The translations under genes were made by a program, and so were the position numbers. This document shows, one piece after another, positions 19,405 through 29,757 of a stretch of 64,000 nucleotides of DNA. The stretch's first letter is position 1, and the number at the start of each line of letters is the position of its first letter. Below the pieces are notes generated by a model. The model did no database searches, had not been told where the DNA came from, and saw only the letters and a program-made list of their open reading frames with translations. Origin of the DNA: Nitrospirota bacterium (GTDB lineage Bacteria > Nitrospirota > UBA9217); the NCBI GenBank assembly GCA_963754875.1, contig CAVWHO010000021.1, positions 32,001-96,000 on the forward strand. Reading direction: 5' to 3'.

Positions 19405-22344
19405 ATGCTCGATATAATGAATCCGGACAACTATATTTTCAATGGCTACGCGCTCCCCATGTTCATTGCCGCAGCAGCAATTGCTCTCCTTGGACTTTTC
19501 ATTCTCTTCCGTGAGCGGGGGTCAAGTGTCGGTTTCTCTTTCCTTTTCATGTGTCTGAGCGTCGGTCTTTATTTATTCGCTACCGGTGCAAACTATGCGA
19601 GCCGCGACGAGGGCCTGTCACTGCTCTGGATCAGGATCTCTCAATTGGGCTCTGTCTTCATCCCCACCACCATACTTCTCTTGACCGCGAACCGACTCAA
19701 CCTGATCCATCGGCGTCGTTTCGCCATCGCATCCAGCTTTGCTCTATCGACGTTCTTTGCTCTCGCGGCCTTATTCACCGATTTATACGTCAAGGGGAGC
19801 GCGCCGTTCTTCTGGGGAAGGTTTGTCCAGTATGGACCTCTGGGTTTTGTGTTCCTGGGATTTTTTTTCGGTATCATGGTTTTTGTTCTCCGCCTTTACT
19901 GGTTGGAATACCGGCAAAGTTCTACTGAGCGGCAGAAGAAAAGACTGAGAGGGCTGCTGATAGCCTTCAGCGGTGGTTACCTGGGCTCAGTTGATTTTCT
20001 TCCGGCTTTTGGCCTTCCTGTCTATCCGTTCGGATATCTCCCTATATGCTTCTTCGTTGTTATGAGCGCCTACGTTATCATTCGATACCGATTCACGGAC
20101 ATTACGCCCGAGCTTGCCGCGGACCGCATTCTGGAGACCATGCAGGGTGCGGTGATCGTTAGTGACCTTAAGGGCCGAATCCGGGTGATCAACTGCGTAG
20201 CCGAGGAGATGCTTGGTTATCAAAAAGCAGAACTCCTCGGCAGGGATATTGAATCTATACTTCCCTCTCTGGCAGTATTCAACACCACCTCTCTCTTAAA
20301 CGGTAAATCCTATTCTCATGAGATGACATGGCACAGCAGGAGCGGGCAGCAATTCGATGTAAACATCTCCGTATCCGCAATCACGAATTTATTGGACAAT
20401 GCACCAGTCGGGATCGTTTATACGGCATACGACATCACCGAGCGCAAAAAGGCGGAAGAGTCCTTGCGCCGCAGTGAGGAAAGCTACCGGGGGCTGTTCA
20501 ATGGCGTTGGGGAGGCGATCTTCGTACAGGACCGGCAGGGCCGGTTTCTCGATGTTAATGCGGCGGCGGAAAGATTGTACGGATACCCGCCCGAATATTT
20601 CATCGGAAAGTCGCCCCGTGAGGTATCGGCGCCCGGGAAGAACGATTTCAAAGCACTGGCTGTCGCGCTGGAAAAAGCATTTACCGGTGAACAACAGCGG
20701 TTTGAATTCTGGGGGCAACGTGCTAACGGCGAAGTCTTTCCCAAAGAGGTTCGTCTTGTGCGCGGCGCGTATGGCGGGCAGGATGTGATTTTCGCATCGG
20801 CAGACGACATTACCGAACGCAAGAGGATGGAGAACGCCTTGCAGTCGTCGGAAGCGCGGTTCAGAACCATTATCGAAAATGCTTCTACCGGCATCCTTGT
20901 CGTCGATGTCGAGACCAGGTATTTCCGGTATGCCAATCCAGAGATCTGTCGTATGCTGGGATATAGTCACGACGAGCTTATGGCTCTCGACGTAACGGCC
21001 ATTCATCCGATGGCGGAAAGGAGCGCTGTGATTGAGAAGTTTGCAGGTGACCAGAACATGCTGACCGTCTGCAACATGCAGACCGCTTGCCTTCGCAAGG
21101 ATGGAACGGTATTCCCCGTGGACATCAAATCGGCAATCCTGGAACTTGATGGAAAGTTGTGCCATGCCGGATTCTTCACCGATATTTCGGAAAGACGTCT
21201 GCTCGAAGAGGAACAACTGAAGACCCAGAAACTCGAAGCCATCGGCACGCTGGCCGGCGGCATAGCGCATGACTTCAATAACTTGTTGCAGGGAGTATTC
21301 GGCTACATTTCCCTCGCGAAAATGGTGAGGGATGATGGAGAAAAAACTTTTACTGCACTCGAACAGGCCGAGAAGGCGCTACACATGTCGGTTAGACTTA
21401 CAAACCAGCTTTTGACGTTCGCGAAAGGCGGCCAACCGTTGAAGAAACCGATCAATCTTTGGCCAGTCATTGAGAATGCGGCGAAATTTGCCCTGAGCGG
21501 GTCACGCTCCGATTACCGCATCGTCAGGGGCGACAATCTCTGGCAAGCAGAAGCGGATGAGGGCCAGATCGGTCAGGTGATTCAGAATATCGTGCTGAAT
21601 GCCGATCAGGCCATGCCGCAAGGCGGCCGCGTGGAGATTACAATAAGAAACGTTGATTCTTCTGTCAAGGATCTGCCGAAGGGTCTGCGGGCTGAGAAAT
21701 ACATCGAGATCGCCGTCAAGGACAACGGCATCGGAATTCCGGAACAGTATTTGGGCAGGATCTTTGATCCCTATTTCACGACCAAAGAACGAGGAAGTGG
21801 TTTAGGTCTCGCGACATCCTATTCCATCATAACAAACCATGATGGATTGATTGAAGCTAAATCCGAAGTAGGCAAAGGGACGACCTTCTTCGTATACCTT
21901 CCCGCGCTGGCAGCGACACAAAAAGAAGAGACGGACAAACCGATAACAACCGCAGTCCCGGTGCGTGCGGGGAAGATTCTGGTCATGGACGACGAACCGG
22001 TCATCCGGGCTGTTGCCGGGGAGCTGATCAGCGCTCTCGGTCATAGAGTGGAATTCGCGACCCGTGGTGAAGAAGCCATCGAGAAGTATGAGAAGGCGAG
22101 ACAGGAAGACAAAGCATATGATGTCGTAATTCTCGATCTGACGATACGGGGCGGGATGGGTGGCGCGGAGACGGTTCTGAAGCTGAAAGAAATCGATGAC
22201 AATGTCACAGCAGTCGTTTCGAGCGGCTACTCCGATGATGCCGTGATATCGCACTACCGTGTTCAGGGGTTCAAGGCCTTTCTTAAGAAACCCTATAATG
22301 TTGATGACCTCCGCAGAGTTCTTAATACGTTGCTAATGGGCTAG
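19405..22344 (+). CDS. Hybrid sensor histidine kinase (7TM, three PAS, HisKA, HATPase, REC)
   Basis: Hydrophobic N-terminus, DITERK PAS ends, AHDFNN H-box, DNGIG, GSGLGL, MDDE..LDL..K receiver. Confidence 0.93.
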   Translation: MLDIMNPDNYIFNGYALPMFIAAAAIALLGLFILFRERGSSVGFSFLFMCLSVGLYLFATGANYASRDEGLSLLWIRISQLGSVFIPTTILLLTANRLNLIHRRRFAIASSFALSTFFALAALFTDLYVKGSAPFFWGRFVQYGPLGFVFLGFFFGIMVFVLRLYWLEYRQSSTERQKKRLRGLLIAFSGGYLGSVDFLPAFGLPVYPFGYLPICFFVVMSAYVIIRYRFTDITPELAADRILETMQGAVIVSDLKGRIRVINCVAEEMLGYQKAELLGRDIESILPSLAVFNTTSLLNGKSYSHEMTWHSRSGQQFDVNISVSAITNLLDNAPVGIVYTAYDITERKKAEESLRRSEESYRGLFNGVGEAIFVQDRQGRFLDVNAAAERLYGYPPEYFIGKSPREVSAPGKNDFKALAVALEKAFTGEQQRFEFWGQRANGEVFPKEVRLVRGAYGGQDVIFASADDITERKRMENALQSSEARFRTIIENASTGILVVDVETRYFRYANPEICRMLGYSHDELMALDVTAIHPMAERSAVIEKFAGDQNMLTVCNMQTACLRKDGTVFPVDIKSAILELDGKLCHAGFFTDISERRLLEEEQLKTQKLEAIGTLAGGIAHDFNNLLQGVFGYISLAKMVRDDGEKTFTALEQAEKALHMSVRLTNQLLTFAKGGQPLKKPINLWPVIENAAKFALSGSRSDYRIVRGDNLWQAEADEGQIGQVIQNIVLNADQAMPQGGRVEITIRNVDSSVKDLPKGLRAEKYIEIAVKDNGIGIPEQYLGRIFDPYFTTKERGSGLGLATSYSIITNHDGLIEAKSEVGKGTTFFVYLPALAATQKEETDKPITTAVPVRAGKILVMDDEPVIRAVAGELISALGHRVEFATRGEEAIEKYEKARQEDKAYDVVILDLTIRGGMGGAETVLKLKEIDDNVTAVVSSGYSDDAVISHYRVQGFKAFLKKPYNVDDLRRVLNTLLMG

Positions 22345-22678
22345 TGTTCTCCTTCCCACGTTTCTTTACATAGCGACCTTGGGCACTATCTCCGATATGG
22401 CATTTGAAAGCTTCAAATCGAGGCATATTCAAAGCATGCCACGATGGAAGTAGCATTCGAAGCCACTTCTTCGAACATGACATTGCGTTTTTAAGGTCAC
22501 GGTGCAGCAATAGTTTTTCTCTCACAACTTCGCCCTCACAATCAATACATTGTGTACGGCATGTCAAATGTATCACAGGGAATATGCGTACTGACAATAA
22601 GCTCCGATAGTGGAATACATCCTCAGTTATCAATAAAAATAACATAATCACTATCTATGGGCCATGATCGGACGCTCG

Positions 22679-22871
22679 CCGGAACACGCGCGAGCGCGCG
22701 TGATCATGAGGGAAATAGTCCTACGCCTCCCCGTTCTCGCTGTGGTCTTCGCGCACCGTGCCCCACTGGCGCTCGCTCACTCAAGTAGGGGCCCCAGTTC
22801 TTCCAGAAAACCGCATGCGCGGCGTTCTCGGCCAGGCGCTTGTCCTCGGCGGTGATATGCCCTTCATGCAT
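22679..22871 (-). pseudogene. 5' remnant of a GH63/MGH1-like glucosidase
   Basis: [68 protein letters not shown] with a 4-nt insertion, premature TAG and truncation. Confidence 0.8.
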
Positions 22872-22958
22872 CAGCTCCTCCATTACATACCCTAAAGCTG
22901 CTGCCGATGATCAGCCCTGTGGAAAATCCCGGGGAGAGCGGCATGCCGCCGCACCGTG

Positions 22959-24485
22959 TTACGACCTCTGCCATTTGAGCCACGCCGTAAACATCTTCTT
23001 TACGAACGGAGTAAGACGCGTCCGATTATACGCATCGGCAAGCTTCTTGATTGCCTCCGCCTGGGTTGGATAGGGATGGATCGTCCGGCCAATCGCCGTA
23101 AGGCCAAGACCGGAGGTAATGGCGAGAGAAAATTCGTTGATCATCTCACCCGCGTGCCGGGCCACGATCGTTGCGCCAAGGATTCGATCGCCGCCCTTTT
23201 TGAGATGCACGCGGGCAAACCCTTCGGGTTCGCCGTCGAGCAGCGCCCGGTCCACGTCGGAAAACGGCACGGTAAGGGTCAGCACATCAATGTTCTCGCC
23301 CCTGGCCTCCTTTTCATACATCCCCACGTGGGCTATTTCGGGGTCGGTGTAGGTACACCAGGGGACGACGAGCGTTGAGGTTGTTTGTCTTGCCATGAAC
23401 AGGGCGTTTGCGATCAGGATGCGTGCCAGGGCGTCAGCAGTATGCGTGAATTTGTAGGGGTAGCAGATATCTCCGGCCGCAAACACGCGCGGATTCGAGG
23501 TCTGGAGCCGATCGTTTACCTTCACCCCATCACGAAGGTCATAGGCTATGCCCGCCTTCTCGAGTCCGAGCCCTTCAACGTTCGGGACCCTGCCCACGCC
23601 CACGAGAATTTCATCAACAGGCACTTCTACGGTTATGCCGTCCTCTTCAACGATGACGACTTTGCCATCCCTTTGCTTCTTGGCCCCAAGGATCTTTGCC
23701 TGAAGCCGTAGAGCGACCCCATCCCTCATAAGGGCCTTATGTATGATTTCCGCAGCATCAGCGTCCTCTCTCGGCAAAACATGTCCGCCGCGCTGGAGGA
23801 TGGTGACTTCGCTGCCCATGCGTGCAAAAGCCTGGGCAAGCTCGCAGCCGATGGGACCGCCGCCGATGACCGCGAGCCTCTTCGGAAGTTCCGTCAGCCA
23901 GAAAACGTTTTCATTGGTCAGGAAGCCGGTTTCTTCTATGCCCGGAATAGGAGGCGCTGCTGCACGCGCGCCGGCGCAGAGCGCGGCCTTTTTAAACCGA
24001 AGGCGCTTGCCGTCAACCTCGATGCAGTCCGGACCGGTGAATTTCGCGCCGCCAAAGAAAAGGTCCACTCCGAGTTCTTTACTAAAACGCTCCGCAGAGT
24101 CATGTGCACTGATCCCGGCCCTGATCCGGCGCATGCGTTCCATGGCCTTACCGAAGTCAATGGAAACATCCTTACCGTACCGTATACCGAACTCTTCTGC
24201 TGTCCTGACCTCGTAGGCTGCGCGGCTCGCCCTGATAATTCCCTTGGAGGGAACGCATCCGACGTTCAGGCAGTCGCCTCCCAGCATATGACGCTCGATG
24301 AGCGCAACCTTTGCGCCGAGCCCCGCAGCTCCTGCAGCAGTAACCAGTCCCGCGGTCCCCGCACCAATCACGACCAGGTTGTAGCAGGAAGCAGGTTCCG
24401 GGTTTTTCCATCCAGCAGGGTGGACGTTTTCGATAAGGGTCTTGTTGTTCTCGTCCTGCGGCAGTACCAAGGTCTGCGTTTCCAT
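22959..24485 (-). CDS. Pyridine nucleotide-disulfide oxidoreductase, mercuric-reductase-like (not true MerA)
   Basis: GAGTAG, GGDCLNVGCVPSK, GGGPIG, HPYPT; no C-terminal Cys-Cys, no NmerA domain. Confidence 0.88.
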   Translation of the reverse strand: METQTLVLPQDENNKTLIENVHPAGWKNPEPASCYNLVVIGAGTAGLVTAAGAAGLGAKVALIERHMLGGDCLNVGCVPSKGIIRASRAAYEVRTAEEFGIRYGKDVSIDFGKAMERMRRIRAGISAHDSAERFSKELGVDLFFGGAKFTGPDCIEVDGKRLRFKKAALCAGARAAAPPIPGIEETGFLTNENVFWLTELPKRLAVIGGGPIGCELAQAFARMGSEVTILQRGGHVLPREDADAAEIIHKALMRDGVALRLQAKILGAKKQRDGKVVIVEEDGITVEVPVDEILVGVGRVPNVEGLGLEKAGIAYDLRDGVKVNDRLQTSNPRVFAAGDICYPYKFTHTADALARILIANALFMARQTTSTLVVPWCTYTDPEIAHVGMYEKEARGENIDVLTLTVPFSDVDRALLDGEPEGFARVHLKKGGDRILGATIVARHAGEMINEFSLAITSGLGLTAIGRTIHPYPTQAEAIKKLADAYNRTRLTPFVKKMFTAWLKWQRS

Positions 24486-24539
24486 GCGCACGGGCCTCTC
24501 TTTCGGTAGTCGGAAAAGCCTTCATAAATGTGCCGGCCT

Positions 24540-24803
24540 TCTACTTCCAGATGATTCTCGGGGTGATGTCGCCGCCGGTGTCTCCGTCAGGGATAAAAAT
24601 TGGCCGTGTTGTCTTTTTCACATTGCCTCGTATGGTGGAAGAATATCAGTATCGGCATAAAAGTCACAGAAAAAAGCGGCATCCAGTGTGATGAGTACAA
24701 AAGGGAAGACAGGAAGGAACCGGAGAAAAATTATGGAATTAAATCCTTGGACGGCAGCACCAATATTAAAGACTGCCAGTATCCTCAGCCTCCTGGTTTC
24801 CAT
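24540..24803 (-). pseudogene. Degraded TVP38/TMEM64 (DedA/VTT) family remnant
   Basis: GFNSIIFLRFLPVFPFVLITL resembles the LRLxPxFPF core motif; early stop; position typical of this gene in ArsS clusters. Confidence 0.55.
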
Positions 24804-24826
24804 AATGCCTCCGGCGTTCTGTTTTC

Positions 24827-24844
24827 AGCAGACGACCGTCTGCT
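24827..24844 (-). promoter_or_regulatory. SECIS-like hairpin of the ArsS gene
   Basis: AGCAGAC-GGUC-GUCUGCU after a 16-nt spacer from the UGA. Confidence 0.7.
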
Positions 24845-25805
24845 ACGCGACTGTTCCCACTCATGACGAGCCATGTCCGGCTGTGCATCCATAACAGTGG
24901 TCGCCGAACGAGATCGATCGGTTAGCCAAAGCAGCGTAGTCGAAATCGTCGATATGCTGGGGCGCGCGGGCAGCGGTTGCAAGCCCAAACACCTGGTTGA
25001 AATCACAGTCGAATAGGGCACCATCCCATCCGACGTTAACTATATGCCGACACATGATGCCGTCCAACGTTCCAGGATTGAATGCGCCTGCAAGTTTGTC
25101 CAGGTATTTATCAAGGTTCCCCGTCCTGACGAGATATTCGCGGAACCTGCCGATCGGCATATTCGTGAACGTGTACAGACGGGTAAAAGAGATGCCGAAA
25201 CGGTCCTTGAGTTCACGCCGATACTCCGTCTCAAGGGAGCACTGGGATGGCGAGAGGAACATCCCCGGGGGATTGTACACAAGGCTCAATGAAGGGCCTC
25301 TCGAATCAATGCCGTAACCCAAACCATTCAGGATCTTCAACGCCTCAATGCTTTTTTTATAAGTACCGTTCCCGCGGATCCTATCGACGCTGTCCTCCAG
25401 ATAATAAGGCAGCGAGGCGATCAATTCCACGCCCTGATCGCGGTACCACTCCGGATACGAATCAAGCCCCCGTTCGAAGAAGACGGTCAGATTGGTGCGC
25501 ACAATCACGCGCTTTCCCGACGTTCTCGTTTCTCTTATGATCGTCCTTAACGATGGGTTCAATTCCGGAGCTCCGCCGGTAATATCAAGCGTCTCAAAAG
25601 GATTTTCCGTCACAGCACGGATCACCTGTGCAGCTGTTTTTTGGTTCATGACCTCCCGGCGTCCCTGACCGCCGGAAACGTGGCAATGTTTGCATGCGAG
25701 ATTGCAAAGGAATCCCGTGTTCACCTGAAGGACATTGAGGTCAATTGCCTTTAACGATTGCGATGAAATTTCGCTGATTTTTTCCTTGAATGACTTCATT
25801 TCCAT
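24843..25805 (-). CDS. arsS: Arsenosugar-biosynthesis-type radical SAM (seleno)protein; UGA at 24863-24861 read as Sec
   Basis: CNLACKHC, DITGGAPE, NMPIGRF, DCDFNQ; C-terminus HCYGCTAGHGSS-U-VGTVA-TAG (Cys homologs end GSSCGG). Confidence 0.85.
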
Positions 25806-25837
25806 GGCCGTCGCCGCACCAATCCTGCAGATCAGTT

Positions 25838-26170
25838 TTATAGTGAGTTCCGATCGACCGTATTATGTGCCTGGAGGGTGTGAATCAACGATGCGCCTCC
25901 TCGGATCGCAGAGGCCACGTGGACTGCTTCGGTGATGTGCTCCAGGCTCATGCCTTCCTCCAGACAGGATTTTGTGTACGCATCGATGCAATATGGGCAT
26001 TGGATAACATGGGCCACACCCACGCCGATCAGGACCTTTTCCCGCTTGGTCAGCTTACCCGGCTCAAGAGATGACGTGTACCAATCGATGAATTTCTTAA
26101 AAAGCACCGGGTTATGCTTACCCACATCCCCGAATTTTTCTAGATCTTCTGCTTTGTAATATTCGGTCAT
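25838..26170 (-). CDS. AhpD/carboxymuconolactone decarboxylase family peroxidase-like partner of ArsS
   Basis: REKVLIG..QCPYCIDAY, AIRGGASLIH; directly upstream of arsS. Confidence 0.85.
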   Translation of the reverse strand: MTEYYKAEDLEKFGDVGKHNPVLFKKFIDWYTSSLEPGKLTKREKVLIGVGVAHVIQCPYCIDAYTKSCLEEGMSLEHITEAVHVASAIRGGASLIHTLQAHNTVDRNSL

Positions 26171-26322
26171 TGCCCCTCTCCTTCTTTCGTTTAAATATTT
26201 CAGGATATCCTGCACGGCATAGGTACATATTTATTTACCTATCCAAATTGATCATCCAGAATGTCGTATCGTAGACAGCACTGACCTGTCTCGATAATAA
26301 GATATCATAGAATTGTTGAAAT

Positions 26323-26372
26323 AAAAAACCCTCAAACTTCATCCATAGCTAATCCCGGATAGATCTGAGGGT
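26323..26372 (-). terminator. Terminator downstream of the purH-like gene
   Basis: ACCCTCAGA...TTTGAGGG stem followed by a T-run on the minus strand. Confidence 0.6.
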
Positions 26373-26404
26373 ACTCTCAATTGCATGTATAAATTTCCGG
26401 TTGA

Positions 26405-27697
26405 TTAATGTTTAAACACGCGCTGGCCGGTAAAGACCATGGTCACTTTGGGGTCAGCTTCATTACACGCGGTAATTGCATCGAAATCCCTGTCCGACCC
26501 GCCGGGCTGCACGATTGCCGATACGCCCTCTTTAATGCCAACGTCAACGCCATCGCGGAACGGGAAAAACGCATCCGAGACCATGGTCGAACCGATGAGG
26601 CCGCCCTTGTCCTTCCTGGTCTGCTCGTCAATCTCCCTGAGCGCACCCTTGTCCCGCTTTCCCTTGTTTGCTTCCAGCTCGAATTCTTTATAAGGAATAC
26701 CGTATTTCTTAAAACAGAGAGCGTCGGCATACTTCGTATAGGCCTTAAAGATTGCGATCTCGGCAACACCTACACGGTCCTGTTCTCCGGTCCCGATGCC
26801 GACGGTGACGCCGTTCTTCACATAAATGACTGAGTTCGACGTAATCCCCTGCTCCACGTTCCAGCCGAACAGCATGTCGTCATACTCCTGGTCCGTGGGG
26901 GTCCGTTCAATCTTGTACTCCCGGCTTTTATAGACGGTTTTCGCTTCCTGGAAATCCTCTTTCATTCTAATTGCGTTTTTCTGGGACTGCTGAACGATCA
27001 AACCGCCGTCGATAAGCGCCTTAAATTCCACAAAGCTCATGTCCCGGTATTTCGCCAGTTCAGCAATCTTCTCGAGTTTGATAATGCGCAGGTTTTTGCG
27101 TTTTGCAAGGATAGCCACTGTCCCTTCTTCGAAATCAGGGGCTGCAACCACCTCAAGGTAGTTTGCATTCGCCATTTCGGCAAGCTGTTTGTCGATGGAC
27201 CGGTTCACGCATAGACAGCCTCCGAAGGCTGCAATGCGGTCCGCCATGTTCGCACGTTCGTAGGCGTCCGCGACGGTCTTTCCGTAAGCAACGCCACAGG
27301 GGTTGTTGTGCTTCATAATGGCGGCAACAGGACGTTCGGTCAGGAACTTGAGGATATTCAACGCATTGTCAAGATCGGTGAAATTCGTTTTCCCCGGATG
27401 TTTGCCTGCCTGGAGCATCTGTTCCTCGGTGATACTGCTCACCAGGCCGTTACCGGGTTCTATGAACCGTGCCTTGGCAAGAACAAGGTTCCCGCTGACA
27501 AGCTGGTACATCGCCGCCTGCTGGTCGGGATTCTCTCCGTACCGCAGCCCTTTTTCGATGACCTCTCCCGTACTTTCATCCGCGAGCTTCCATGACCTTT
27601 TCCGGTAAACCAGTTTTTGCTCGCCGTAGGTGATGGTCATTTCCGCGGGAAAATTATCGGACATGATGGTTTTATACATTTTTTTGATATCTGACAC
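26405..27697 (-). CDS. purH: PurH-family AICAR transformylase domain protein (no N-terminal MGS domain)
   Basis: LRYGENPDQQAA, KHNNPCG, AFGG, SDAFFPFRDG, IVQPGGS, RVFKH. Confidence 0.8.
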   Translation of the reverse strand: MSDIKKMYKTIMSDNFPAEMTITYGEQKLVYRKRSWKLADESTGEVIEKGLRYGENPDQQAAMYQLVSGNLVLAKARFIEPGNGLVSSITEEQMLQAGKHPGKTNFTDLDNALNILKFLTERPVAAIMKHNNPCGVAYGKTVADAYERANMADRIAAFGGCLCVNRSIDKQLAEMANANYLEVVAAPDFEEGTVAILAKRKNLRIIKLEKIAELAKYRDMSFVEFKALIDGGLIVQQSQKNAIRMKEDFQEAKTVYKSREYKIERTPTDQEYDDMLFGWNVEQGITSNSVIYVKNGVTVGIGTGEQDRVGVAEIAIFKAYTKYADALCFKKYGIPYKEFELEANKGKRDKGALREIDEQTRKDKGGLIGSTMVSDAFFPFRDGVDVGIKEGVSAIVQPGGSDRDFDAITACNEADPKVTMVFTGQRVFKH

Positions 27698-27726
27698 GAA
27701 GACCTCCCTACTAAGCTGGTTGAAAA

Positions 27727-28629
27727 TCAGACTTTATCCTCGGACTTTTGTCCGAGCAAGCCGGCAGGACGGATAATGAGCACAATGATCAGTACGAGAA
27801 AGGCAAAGGCATCCTTATACACGCTCGAGATGTAGCTTGCCCCGAAGTTTTCGATCAAACCGAGCATGAAACCGCCGAGCATCGCGCCCGGTATGCTGCC
27901 GATCCCTCCGAGCACCGCTGCAGTAAATGCCTTAATGCCGGCCAGATACCCCATGAAAAAGTGCACCACGCCGTAATACAGCGTCACCATGACCCCGGCT
28001 ACGGCAGCGAGCGCCGAACCGATCATAAAGGTGATGGATATGACCTGGTTGATATTGATGCCCACGAGGCCTGCCATTACGCGATCCTGAGACGTGGCGC
28101 GCATCGCTTTCCCAAGCCGCGTTTTCGCGACGAAAAGCTGGAGCCCGACCATGATAAGAACGGACGCAGTCAGAATGAATATCTGCGCCGGAGATACATT
28201 GGCCCCGAACAGGGAAAATCCTTCCGCAGGCAGCATGGGAGGAAGGTTCTTGTATTCCTTGCCCTGGCTCAGCATGACGAAATTCTGGAGAATGATCGAC
28301 ATACCCACAGCGCTGATGAGCGGCGCGAGCTTTGAGGCGTTCCTGATGGGACGGTATGCTACGCGCTCGATCACGGCCCCGTAGGCAGCGCAGAATGCCA
28401 TCGACACAAGGATGGTGACCAGAAGCGACAAGGGAAGACTGTAGGCCGTCAAGCCCAGATAAGTCAATAGGCCGAGTACGATGATACCGAGGTAGGCGCC
28501 GAGCATATAGACCTCGCCGTGGGCGAAGTTAATAAGCTGCAGAATGCCGTACACCATGGTATACCCGAGCGCGATCAGGGCGTACACCGCGCCGAGGGCC
28601 AGACCGTTTATGAGCTGTTGGGTGAACAT
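27727..28629 (-). CDS. livH: Branched-chain amino acid ABC transporter permease
   Basis: ALGYTMVYGILQLINFAHGE, KAFTAAVLGGIG. Confidence 0.9.
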   Translation of the reverse strand: MFTQQLINGLALGAVYALIALGYTMVYGILQLINFAHGEVYMLGAYLGIIVLGLLTYLGLTAYSLPLSLLVTILVSMAFCAAYGAVIERVAYRPIRNASKLAPLISAVGMSIILQNFVMLSQGKEYKNLPPMLPAEGFSLFGANVSPAQIFILTASVLIMVGLQLFVAKTRLGKAMRATSQDRVMAGLVGININQVISITFMIGSALAAVAGVMVTLYYGVVHFFMGYLAGIKAFTAAVLGGIGSIPGAMLGGFMLGLIENFGASYISSVYKDAFAFLVLIIVLIIRPAGLLGQKSEDKV

Positions 28630-28661
28630 AATTTATAAATGAGCAGCGACGCTGCCGAGGG

Positions 28662-29757
28662 TCATTTTACTTCCACAAATTTCCCGTCTTTGACCTGCCA
28701 GATCACATAAGGCGCCTTGGTCACATCGCCGTTCTTATCGAACGATATATCGCCGAATGCCCCATGGAAGTTGGTTTTGGAAATGTAAGCGGCGAGAATG
28801 TCACCGTCCGTGCTTTTGCTCTCCGCAATCGACGAGAGAATGATATTGGCCGCGTCATAAGCGTAGATCGAATACGGCCCCGGGTCCCCGTACTTGGCCT
28901 TGTATTTCTCCATAAAGGTCTTTGCCGTTGAAAGTCCGGCCGGTTCCTTCCCGAAGGTCACGTACGTCCCCTCGGCGGACTTGCCTGCAATGCTGATGAA
29001 CGTAGGGTCGAAGACCCCGTCGCCGGTGACCATGGGGATTGCCAACCCGATCTCCTTTGCCTGACGCACGAGCCTGCCCGCCTCGGGATAGATGCCGCCG
29101 AAGAAATAGACATCCGGCTTGTTCTCTTTGATCGTGGTTAACACGGCCTTGTAATCGGGGTCCCGCTGAATGATGCCGCCGTAATAGACCACCTGTACTT
29201 TTTCACCCAGCGCTTTCTTAAAATAATCCGCCAGCCCCTGGCCGTAAGCAGTTTTGTCATGAATAATCGCCACCCGGTTTGGATGAAGTTTGGTCAGGAC
29301 GAATTCTGCGGCAATGCGGCCCTGTTGGTCGTCGGTCCCACAGACGCGAAAAACTTTTTTGTAACCCTGGAGCGTAAACAGAGGGTTCGTCGTGGCCGGA
29401 GATATCATGACCATGTTCGCATCATTATAGTATTTCGACGTCGGGATGGAACAGCTTGAATTCCAGTGGCCGACCACGGCCACGGTCTTTCTGATTAATA
29501 AATTTGTTCGCTATGGAAACGGCCTGTTTGGGATCTGCCTGATCGTCGCCTGCCAGCATGACGATCTTCTTTCCCAGTACGCCGCCCCGGGCGTTCCATT
29601 CGGCTACGGCGAGCTCAACGGCATTCCTGAGGTCCACCCCCATTTTGCTCTGATCGCCTGTCATAGGTCCTGCTGCGCCGATTTTGATCACATTCTCATC
29701 CTGGTGGGTGCACCCCAGAAGGATCGTCAGCAGGATCATACAGAGAACTTTTTTCAT
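28662..29757 (-). CDS. livK: Branched-chain amino acid ABC substrate-binding lipoprotein; +1 indel near 29489
   Basis: LLGC lipobox, IKIGAAGPMTG, DDQADP; continues in ORF 28662-29483 (AVVGHWNS, DDQQG, YAYDA). Confidence 0.85.

Noticed and set aside
22322..22651. 109-aa minus-strand ORF in AT-rich DNA, possible cytochrome remnant (FKCH)
   Set aside because: No intact CxxCH, no RBS, overlaps the kinase stop.
22959..24485. merA call
   Set aside because: No C-terminal Cys-Cys, no NmerA domain and no merR/T/P neighbours.
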